A stretch of DNA of 64,000 nt. Origin: Amphiscolops sp. MND2022 (taxonomy: Eukaryota). The stretch is taken from assembly GCA_964187785.1 (NCBI GenBank), contig OZ076409.1, positions 89,592,001 to 89,656,000 on the forward strand, written 5' to 3'. This document shows, piece after piece, positions 50,601 through 62,600 of the stretch. How positions within the stretch are numbered: the first letter of the stretch is position 1; each line of letters opens with the position of its first letter. A program made the position numbers and the translations under genes. The notes under the pieces were generated by a model. It was given only the letters and a program-made list of their open reading frames with translations, had not been told where the DNA came from and searched no databases.

Positions 50601-53600
50601 ATAGAATTTAAATTCCTAGAATCGGACATACGGGAACTGGTCCTGGTGCCGGATGGTTTCTGGATTTGGTCAAAGTTGAAGCCAGGAGTGAAGGCAAGCT
50701 GTGGGGCTTCCCTTGCGCCCGGTGGTTAGCGAAAGATGAAGATGACGGCTCCACTGAACGTGTCTTGCATCAGATGCCGAGTTACTTTCTGGATTTTGAT
50801 CCATGTTCGTTGCAGTTCTTCTATCCATTGCTTCTATTACTGATAAACCGAGTCTTGAAATGTTTCATCGCCAAAGAAGAGACGTTTTGTTTCATTTTTT
50901 TTCAAATTTCAGGGACTCCATACGAGATTAAAACAGTCACGAGTGACATGAGCGGGGCAGGAACCGATGAAGACATTTTTGTGTGTATTTATGGCGAGGG
51001 AATTTGCACAGAAGAGCACAGTTTGGAACCAGATAAGCAAAAGAGGAAGAAAGTTTTCAATAAAGGCCAAACAGATGCCTTCTTGCTCGAGGTACTTTTA
51101 CATTATCGATTAATAATGACCTGGTAATATTTAGGCCGCTGCCCTCGTGTTCGATCGTGTTGAAACAGTGGCAAAAATCTATCAGCTGCGTTTTTTTTTC
51201 AAAATTTGTCAAATCAATTTTATGGACAAAAAACAAAGGTACTTCCACAGAATTCAACTACCATAAAATCAGGTGCGTAGATTATATTAGGTGCGTATTG
51301 TATTTGTTGAGATTCTTGAACTCCTTGAAAATTGTCCCAAAAACGAATAGTTATCGACAGCTTCATGTTTTCGTGTGGATGAGTATCCAGAGTTCAACTA
51401 CAAAATACTTAGCTTCTTGCCATACTATTATATTTAAAAATCTGAAGTTTTCTTGAGACGAAAAATAATCCACAAGATTCAGAAAGTATCACAATTTTCA
51501 ATTTTTTTGATATTTTGTGCAAGTTTCGTAGTGAACAAAATGTCTTCGCTTAAATATTTCAGGTGGAAATATCCCGATGCCCAGCTTTCAGCGTTCATTT
51601 GGCTCTGAAAACAAAGTTCATTTTCAATCGTGATATTGTATGACTGTTCTGATCGAGCCTTTTAAATAGTTGGCAGCTTTTCCATTTAAAAAATAATTTT
51701 GGAGCCTAACGGTGGTTGCTCTGCAACCAAAACCTGTTATTTGAGATAATTGTATTTTCCCAAGATGGTTGATGTTCGTGACACCGTACAGAAACTTCGA
51801 ATCGGACACAGAAATCTCAGCTCTGGTCAAGGCTGGCATCTTGATCGAGTGATAGTGCGTAAAATGACCACTTCCCTCTCTTCCATCACGTACACTTTCA
51901 ACTGCAACAAATGGCTCGACCGCGGCAAGGACGATCATGCTATTGTGCGTGAACTGGCTCCCTCTAGCGGGTTTAAAGAAAACCTGGACAACAAAACTGG
52001 AAAGATGAATGTCGATGAAATTGACGCTGCTTCTTTGCATGGTAACAACTACAGTGTAGGACGCTGAAAATTTGGAAAACGACATTCAAAATTCTTGAGC
52101 CAATCAGATGAAAGATTAAATTTTCTAAACACTGTAGACATCACATTTCCCAATTCGACATTGTTTTAGCAATCACCCAGCGGACCACTGCTCTCATTCA
52201 CCTTGTTACTAAGAATAAAATTTTGCGCCGCTATGCGAGGCACCATTTTCATTCTTTCTACCTCTCCAGTAGCGTGATAATATCGTATGCTAATCTTGAA
52301 TGCTATTTTTAGTCGGCGTTTTTCTAGTGAAAAGAGCCCGACTATTACAGTGGCTAGTTTTTTTTTCGTCAGACTTTCCACTCATCGCGTATGTACCACT
52401 TTTTGTGAAAGGTTCACTTTTACCATAAGTACCCAGTACTTGATTTTGAACGCATCCAAAGGCCTCTACCTTGAAATGCAAAACCCAGAAGGCGCTATAA
52501 AAACCCAGAACCCCCTTCCAATTTTTCGGCGCTATGAGACTTTCCCTCGCCCCTTTTTTCGGCTTTGTGAGACTTGTTTTCGAAATTTTTTAAAGTCTTC
52601 AAAGGGTCCCCCCTTCTATTTTTTTGGTGTTTTGCACCTGAATGGATGTTGAAAAAGCCTAAAGGGCCCCCTTTTACATTTTTCGGCACCATGAGACTGT
52701 TAAAAATTCTCATTTTCTGTTTTTTTTGGAAAATTTCAATGTCTCTGAAGGGTCGCTCCTTCATTTTGATATTTTGCAACAAACTGGATTTTCAAAAAGC
52801 CCAGAGAGTCCCCCTTCTACAATTTTAAAAACTTTGCGCTTTTTGAGCCTTGGATATGGCGCCGACTTTAGACGTTCCCGTCTTGTTTTAATTTTGAATG
52901 TCTATTTTTTTGGAATTAGCCAATTGGAATCAAGATTGACAAAGCACGTTGATTTTGGAAAAATTTGAATGTCGTTTTGCAAATTTTCAACGTCCGACAC
53001 TAATTCTAGTCCATGAACAGTTTACAGCTTTGCTTTGAAAATATCAAATTGAACTTGGTTGTTTCAGAGAAGGAATACGAAATTTTTGTACATACTGGAA
53101 ATGTATCAGGTGCTGGAACTGATGCAAACGTCTTCTGTACATTATTTGGTGAAAATGGCGACTCAGGAGAACGCAAACTCAAAGATTCCGCTACCCATCG
53201 CAACAAATTCGAACGAGGATGCGTAAGTCAAGCTCTTAATCCATTCAGTTCAAGTTAGGTTAGGTAGTCATTCTTTCGAAATATAATATTTATTCCTTTT
53301 TTCAGATGGATCAATTTTCAATTCGAGCAGTGGATCTAGGAAAATTGATGAAACTGAAAATACGTCACGATGACTCTGGATTCAATGCATCTTGGTTTCT
53401 GGACAGAATTGAAGTGAAAGATGTGGAGAAAGACCAGATGACAATATTCCACGCAGAGCGATGGCTCAGTAAAGACAAAGGCAAAGGACAGAAAATTGAA
53501 TGCAATCTATATGCTAAGGTGGGACTTTAAACAATGAAATTGTTTTAGCATGGCTTCTAAACTACTGCGTTGTGACAAAAAAATACAGGTGGAAACATGG

Positions 53601-56600
53601 AAAGTGCATTATTTCTTTTGTATATTCGTTTGACAAAAAACGATAATTACAGCAATTATTTGTTTTGGAATTCACTCAAAAAGATTTCGTGCAATATCTC
53701 GAACACTACTGTCAGAAAAAACCCTCCCTGGATCAATTTTGTAACATTGACATTTTTGAAAAAAGCCTACCCAGAGAGTATTATTTTTCCTTTTTTTAGT
53801 CGGCGCCTTTTTCCTTAAGGAAAAAAGCCCGACTGTTACAGTGGGCAGTTTTTTTCAGCTGACAATCTCACTCTGTGTGGTCCACATTTCTTACAATTTT
53901 CGTCTTGCATACATGCTTGCAACGTATTTTAGATCATCTAAGAAACTCAACGGGACCAAAGGGTACTCGGATATAACGTTTTCAAAGTTCAGATGTAACG
54001 TTTTCAAAGTTCGGATGTAACGTTTTCAATGTCCGGATGCAACGTTTTCAAAGTTCGGATATACCGTTTTCAAAGTTTTAATGCACATTTACCAACTTTT
54101 ACCATATGTACTTAGTACTTCATTTTCAACGCATCCAAAGCCTCTAACATGAGATAAAAAGCCATTCCAAAGCAGAAGGGTCCACTTTTTTTGACACTAT
54201 GAGGCTTTCCTCCTTTTTTTTTCGGCACTGTGAGACTGATTTTTCTCCGAAATTTTTTTTATTGTTCCTCCCATCAATTTTTGAAATTTTGCAACAGAAT
54301 TCGGAAATTTTTCTTTCTCAATTTTTAGTTTTTTGAGTTTTTGTTTTCTCCAGTTGTAGAAAAAGTGGTTTTCGTTATCGAGTCTTTTTGAGCCTTAGAT
54401 ATTGCGCCGACTTGGGCCGTTCCCGGCTTGTTAATATTTTGTGCAAGTTTTTATAATTAACTTTTTCCCCTAAAATGCTTTCTTAAAGAATGAACAGCCA
54501 AAATCTGTTGTATTCCCTCGAAGCATCAATTTTCCGGAGTGAGATTGAAACATTCGTGTTTTCTTACCATTTTCGTTTCTTTAAAAGCGTCAAAATCAAG
54601 TTACAAAACAGTTTTTCGTTGACCAGCGCTTTGCGAGATGATGCACGTCCTTCGAAAAATGCTAAAATTCACAAAAATACCAAGTGATCAAACTTTTATA
54701 TATTTTTTCTGATTTAAAAAGAATACCGTTGTAGTTTGGGTTGAAGTTCGAAGAATTTTTGCTCCTGAGACTTTTTGTCAAGTTTTTTCACTATATTGAA
54801 AGTTATTGGCGTTAACTAAAATAATTCCTGTAGCGAATTTGAGTGTCTTTTGGTACCCTAGTATGATTGCAAGTGATATATTCCGATGTCGTTTTTTCTA
54901 GGGCTATGAAGGGGACCGCGATAGCTTCCGGTTATCTCGCAGCCTGTCGTCGTCCATGCAAAGTCTGGGCTCGTCGTTCCGGGGATCTGACTATCGACTG
55001 GGACCTGAAAGAAGCCCACGGAAGAGATCAATTCAAGAAATGCCGATGTTCACAGAACCTAGTAAGTTTGCTTCTGTAGGGAACAAACTCGGGAAAAATT
55101 ATATTTTGATTTGAGCCTTTGGCAAAGAAAAGGCTACGTTTCAAGTTAATGTTGGAACAACCGATGAAGTTGGATGTTCTTAACAGAAAATCGAATTTTT
55201 GAGAATAGTTTTTGGAGAGCATCCTAATTTTAACATTTGTGCGTGAGCTTTTTTCAGGCCTATTTATCGAACTGTTTTGTTCACTAATTTTAGTAGCAAT
55301 GAGGCAACGCTACTCCAAGTCTTTAGCTAGTTCATTTAATTCTCGTAGCAGTGAGGCAGCGTTTTTTTTAGATGAGGCGAGTGAATGTTCATTAATTATA
55401 TGCCGAGAGTTTGGCCTGCATCCAAATACGAATGCGAAATGTCGTATACACGTATTTTTCTTAGTCCGAGAAGAATCAAAGGCGGTGTAAATTGTGTGCT
55501 ATATATTGAATTAATGGGAGTGTATTTTCAAATGTTTGTATTATTATTTCTGCGATAGCACGAATATCATTGAAACCTCGAGGTTTTCACTTTTTGTTCA
55601 GTACAATTCTTGTCGTGATACTGAAAAATTCAGATATTTTGTACGGCAGTGAGAATAAGCGTGAGATTTAAATTTCTCAAGCTGCCGACAACAATCCGTT
55701 TCTCGTGCGATAGAACGAGCGAGTGGTAATTATGCATTCGTACGCCGAATTCATTGAGATGAAGGGAGCAAATGTTCGTAATTATGCTTTCGTACGTCGA
55801 GTTATTGAGATGAAGCGAACGAGTGTTAATTATTCGTTCGCCGAGAGCCTCGCCTGCATTCAAATGCGAATGTGAAACTTCGTCTACGCTTAGTAGTTAT
55901 ATTTTCTTTAGTCCGAGAAGAATTAAAGGCTGTGTAAAGTAGTGATCAATTGTGCGCTATATAAATGATTAAGATATGCTTCTGTTATTGAACATGAAAG
56001 CCTAGAAGCAGAAATGATAGTGTGCCCCGCAGGGGCCTATTTTTAGTCGGCGCTCTTTTATAGTGAGAGGAGCCCGACTATTACAGTGGCTAGTTTTTTT
56101 TCGTCAGACTACAATCTCATTCTGATTGGTCCACTTTTCTTACAATAGAAACTTCTAAGGCCTAGTCCGGTTAGCGGAAATCAGTGCAAAAGGGTCCCCC
56201 TTTCATTTTTTTTACTTTTTTAACGTATCCTACAAAACCGGACGAGACTAAAGGGTCCCCCCTTTTGATTTTTTTCGACATTGTGCGACTTTTTTCGAAA
56301 ATTTTTTTATGTCTCAAAAAAGTTCCCCTTTCAAGTTTTTTGATATTTTGCGACATAATGTATGTTAATAAAGCCCAAAGGGTCCCCCCTTCTACATTTT
56401 TGGGCATTATGTGACATTTCCCGAAAGAAAAAAATTTCAAAAATTCCAATTTTTTTGCGCTTTTTGAGCCTTAGATATAGCGCCGACTTGTTTTCTTTTT
56501 TTTTTCGTCAGACCGCAGACCTCATCGTGTATGTACTACTTTTTAGTACAGACTTTACTCGGTTTACGGTGAACCCAGCGTTCACGGGTTCGAGTCCTTG

Positions 56601-59600
56601 CTTTAGCCAGAATTTTTCGAGCATTTGCGAAAGCGAACGAGACTGAAGGGTCCCCTCTTCCAATTTTTTTTTCGGCACGTGCGACTTTTTTCTTCAAAGG
56701 GTCCCACCTTCAAGTTTTTTGATATTTTGCAGCAAACTAAAGTGCCAAAAGCCCAAAGGGTCTCCCAAATATTTCGGCACTATGAGACTGTTTCAAAATT
56801 CTCATTTTTTGTCTGAAATTAGTTATCTCAATTTTTAAATCTAGTTTCCATACTGACGCTCTCAAATTGTCTACCAATCACATATTTTGGTGTTATACCA
56901 AATTAAGGAACCCTGTTAACGTATGGCGTTTGTTCATACGCCATTATTGGAGATGTGGCAAATCCATAATTGGTCCAAATGGTGTCACTATCCACTACCA
57001 ATATAAATTTCAAATTCAAACAAGTAGGAACTTTTCTGCAACTGTGCGACTGAATAAAGCACCGAATTGCAGTTGATGAAATAGCCACCGTATACTAAGA
57101 GTCATGGTATTCAGTACTGTGGGTGGCATATTTCAGCCGAAACATTTTATAGACTTGGCTGTATTGGAGCAGTATCAAAAATGTATTATTACTAGCTACA
57201 ACTAATCGTTATCTGAAAATTGTCTAAACTTGCAACTGGAAGAAAACCGGACTTCCGGTGTCGTGTGTGATCTTTTCCAAAAATCGAGTAAATTTGGGTA
57301 TTTTTCTGATTATTTTGCCGATTGGTTAGGTTTGGAATATATTTTTTCTGTAACAGTGCTTGGTTTCAGCCGTGCCATATACAATCAAAATTGAAACTGG
57401 TCCGGAAAAGGATAATGGCACAGATGCCAATGGATTCATCATAGTCAAAGGGGCTTCTGGGAAATCAACTGGTTCTCTTCCTCTGCAACTTCTGGACAAG
57501 GAGGCTTTCGAACCTTCTTGCACCGACACATTCTCTATTGAAGCTCCTGATGTCGGTCAAGTTACTGAAATAACAGTGAGTAATTTTGAAATTTGTCAGT
57601 TGAGTTTCGTTCGTTAGTGGTCAGTGTTGAATGCGGTACCTTAAAATCACATTTTTCACCTGCTACGTCATTGCTGACAATAGAAAGTTATTTAAATTCT
57701 GAGCAAACTTAACATTACGATACATATGCCGCAAAAGTGGATTTTATCATCAAGTTCAAACTGTATTTTCCGTAAAACGCGAACCGTATTCTAGTCAACC
57801 AGTGCACCGTGTTCATCATGGATTGTGATGCACAGTGTAATCAGAAATTGCGGATTGTGATCATTGAGCGTACGTAATTAGAGAAAAGTGGAAACCAGTC
57901 ACATTTTGGTACACACTGTGAGTAAAAATAACTCCAAACGATGCTTCCATTCATGTGTGAAGTGGAAACTAGTCAAAGTACGAAATTGTAGGGAGTGTAA
58001 TTGAATTTTATTGGAATCTGCACAGTGCACCATTTTTCCGAAGTTACTCTCATCGTGCAATTTTGTCACGAAATTTTTTGTCTGTCACTTTACGTAGTTA
58101 GCGGTCAGCACTATAAATGAGTTAGATATTATTGGAAGACAAGGAGGCTTGACTAAATACAGTGTAACTCAGTTGTGAAGTCAAGCCGCTTATAAAATCA
58201 CTTATTAATCACCCGGGCTCCCTTCAGATGCACTGTGAGGTTTTCGGGAACCTTTCTTAAGTTCACCACTGAGCACAATATCAAGACCCAGCGCTCTTTA
58301 AGCCTCGCGCGGGCGCCGACTTTAAACGTCCCCTTCTTACTTTGCTGTTTCAAATTTTATACTCAATTGATCGAAAAGTTCTTCCTCAGAATTCAACCAC
58401 AAAAATTTCAGTATCGTAGCATATGTATTAATGTATGAATCCCCGACAAAAGTACAGATATTTGCTTTCAAAAAAGTTTTGTAGAATTTATAAATGCTCT
58501 CATGGCATGAACACACAGATCTTGAAGGTTAAACAATTAGCTCCTCAACATAACATACTTTTAACAAATATGAAGTTTTTGAAAAATATGAATCCAAATC
58601 TTTTTCGTGAAACTTTCAAAAACTTGAAGTTCCGTAGTGCCTTGGCTACTACGCTCGCGCCTCGAAAAGTTGTCGCTGAAAAGATTCAGGGCGGAAAAAT
58701 TGCCGTGCTCAACGGGCGTTTCTTTCAGCATGTGATTGTATCAATTTTCAATTGCTGTTTCAATTCGATGTTTCAGATTGGACACGATGGGGTTTTGTCA
58801 GCTCAGGGCTGGTTTGTAAAAAATGTCGAAATAGATATGCCTCAATCAGGCAAAAACTATCATTTCCCTTGTGGACGTTGGATGGCAAAGGACAAAGACG
58901 ACGGCCTCTTGCAACGTACTATTTCTGTAATGGATGCTTCGGCCACCATCTACAAGCCCAGTAAGTTATACCTTGCCTATCTTAAAACAACTAGATGAAC
59001 GAAAGTAAAAGTCAACGAAAAAGGTTCAGAAAGCTACGCCGATGCGATAAGCTACATCAGAGCCAAGCAAAGTTTGCTCTTCGTAGTTCCCTACTGTCTC
59101 AGAGGCTGCAGGTCGCCCCGCCGCCAGCACGCACTCGTATAGTCAACTATAAGTGCTATAGTTCAAGAGGTAGGGCTGTTATAAATGCGACAATCCCTCG
59201 GGTGCTTTCTATGAAACAAAAATTTCGACGATCAATAAAATTTATGATACATTTTATTTATGCCATAGCATCTTTTGGAGGATGCCAATTTATTTTATAG
59301 GATCGTTATTGACCCTCTAAGGAAGCTCTGCAGCTTGCTGCGTACTGACACCCAAACTCTTTTTACTGACACACCCTCCTTGAAATAAGGGTACAAAAAT
59401 CGTCTCTTCGATGTGTTTCGAGTCTTTCCCCCACTGATAAGAGAATATTATATGAATGTAAATACTTGAAGAATTGTCTCTACAGCTGATATTTGACACT
59501 TCCAACAAAATAACCTAATTTTTGTTAAATATTATTGTTCAAATTAGCGAAAATTCACGCCTGGAACAAGCTAAAATTGTATAAACATTGTTCAATGCAA

Positions 59601-62600
59601 ATTTTCTCCGCCATAAATTTTAATGAGCAACTTTTAATTGACTGTCAATGTAAAAGATAGGATTATGTCGACATCGCTAATTTTATTTCCAATGAAAAAG
59701 CGCAAGCGATGTCGACATAATGGTGTTTGAACCTTGTTTCTTACCCTCCCGCGGCGCTTGGGGGATTGTTATTAAGAAACATGGTCCCAAAAATACCTCC
59801 GTAATTCTGATGGAAATTTGAGTTTCGCTCCTGGGACCATTTCATCTATTGATTTTATGGAAATTTATTGATTTGAAATTTTTCGTATCCGAAATTGAGT
59901 TACCTTAGCTTTTTGGCACCATGGCGTTGGAATGACAAAGTTAACTTACACGTCTGAATGTCGAAGCCGTAGTTATTTGAAACGGTGGTTGCGTAATGAA
60001 AACTCAATTTCAAAATGACTGCTATAAACTTGAACCTTCAGTCTTTTTTTCCACAATTAATGAATTTTTTTATGATTTTTTTTATAAAACAAGAATACTG
60101 TAGGTTCCTTTTCCAATTCACCTACTAATAGTATTTTCCCTAAAAATGTGTTACTCCACAAGAACCTTGCTTTTAGAGCGATCTTATGAGCTGATTGTGG
60201 AGACCGGTGATCGAGAGAGTGCCGGGACTGATTGTCGAATAACCTTGCAGTTCTTCGGTGCCAAAGGAGCTGCTGCGCCTATCACACTGTCCAAACAAGA
60301 AGACAACTTCGAACGCGCCAACAAAGATACATTCCAAGTTTGTAGAATACAGGGTTTTGATTGACATCGCTAATCGCTGAACCGCTAATTTCAAATGCGC
60401 GATTTCGCTGAAAGTGTTTCTTCAAACTATTAAATGTTTTACTTCAAGTATACTTTAAAATTAAATGATAACTTATTTCAGTTTTTTTTCAAGAAAGACT
60501 AGGATTTTTCATGTGTGTGGGTTTTACCAAGGTAAGAGCTGGAATTTTCGTAATTGATTTTGAAACCCCGTGTATACTTTGAGGAAATTTTGAATTTGGA
60601 CATTCTATTTGTTGCCCCTAATTTGAATCGCTGAACTGTTTTTTAAACAATCCCGGCATTTTTCGAAATGTTTCAGTGAGAATTTCCCGCTGAACTGGTA
60701 CGACATTTTGAGGTTGAATCAATTGCAAAGCTGGAAATAAAATAAATTGCTCGTTGCAGCCTTGAAGTCTTGAAGTTCTTATGATTGCATTTAGTGCTTC
60801 TGATTACAGTTCAGTATGAAGTTGGTTAACCCTAATTAACCTAGTGGTACTTTAAAGCAGCCTACCGTTTTTTAAATTTTTGTTTTCTTTTGCCAACAGC
60901 CCATATTCTCCAGCACATTTTTCTTTCAGCCATTCATTGCTACCTAGATTGATTTGAATGGCACAAGCTCTAGAAAAAGTGAATATGTCTCCAAATCTGG
61001 GAAAAATGTTTTCTTTTGCACAAAAAATGGTTATACTTTTCCAAAATTCAGTTTTTGGCGAAATCCAGTTTTCTCAAAAGTCTTTGATCAATGGAAAAAA
61101 CCAACCACATACCCTTCCACAACAACTCCTGGTGCAACAAACCCTTATAATATTCTGTTGTTACTACAAGCCCCCGCGCAGCGGCGGTACCGGAAAAAAA
61201 AAGCTAAAATTCTGGAGAAAGGGGCGCGCGGCGACAGGGGCTCACCTGAGCAAAATGAAAGCCCAATACCAGACCTTTCAAACGCGCTATAGTTTGTTTC
61301 TCTGGTACGCGTAGTTGTGGAGATATTAATTTTTTAAAATTTTTATTCAAATTTTTTGAAAATTTGCAAAAACGCCCAGGTCAATTAGGGTTAACTGAAC
61401 AACGCTACTGCCAGTGAAGACCAGACCGATGTAAGGATCCATGATTATAACCAGCTTATTACTGAACCTAGTATCTTTATATTAGTGATCTATCGCGCGG
61501 ATTGAAAAATGTCTCATCCAAACATTTGTGAAGTGAACTGTTTAGATTGACATGGACGATATCATCCCATTCACAAAACTGAGGATCACTCTTGAGCCAG
61601 CTGGAGCTCGCACTTGTTGGTACCTGGAAAGGGTTAGTTTTTCACCCACCATCCACTTTTTAAATTTCTTATTGGACTTTTTTGTTCAAACTTCGATTTC
61701 ATGAGTGAAATGAAATGGTACTCGCTTCAGTCACCATATCTAAAAAATAACAGGTTCTATGCTTCCATGAGCGGAAAACTTGTCGCCAATTAACTCGTGG
61801 AATAATAATCGAGGGCAAAGTAGTCGAATAATTTCAGATTACCCACGGGGATTACCCAGTGCTGATTATGGATTAATTTTCCTGAATTGATGCGTGAAAT
61901 TTTCAGTTTTAAGCTTAAGAAAGCTCATATCAGTTATGTAATTGCTTGAAATGTCTCACTTTTAAAGTTTCCTGTAATGTGATACTTCATAATAATTGAG
62001 AGCTTCATAATGTACAATCACAAAGTTGGCACTATAATTGGCTGATATGATTTTCTGTACTTGCGACGAGTTTTCCTAGATTCGTACAAATACATGTTGA
62101 ATGTTTTGCAATACTGGAAGATTTGCAGCCTTGTTGGCTATCATTTTTAAATGAAGAATGATTGGAGCAAAGTTGCTTGAGGAAAGTTGTTTTGTTGCAG
62201 ATAACCCTCCGAGATAAGGCTAACATGGACTTCTGTGTGTTCAATTGCAACAATTGGTTTGATCTAAAACGAAAAATGATGAAACGAGAAGTTCCCGCAA
62301 ATGTTGGTGGAAAAGATGTTATTTCCAGTGAGTTAACATTTCGATAATATGCTTGCAGGTTACGTTTTTGAATGTCTAAAATTGTTTTTGAAAAAAAAGT
62401 TGAATAAAAAAGGTCATTCTTCGGTCGATTTTACATACTTGCTTTAAATTTTTCTCTTCCCCGTGAATATCTCGATTTATCTGTAAAAAGACTGATTATC
62501 TATCATATTTGACCTCCATGGTGCAGTGCATTAGTGAAAATATTGTTTCTGACCTTAAAACATGAAATCATTTTGATTTTATCATGTTCCAGATGAAGGT

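Noticed and set aside
53969..54078. Short regular repeats resembling a CRISPR array
   Set aside because: Head-to-tail minisatellite with no unique spacers, inside a eukaryotic repeat
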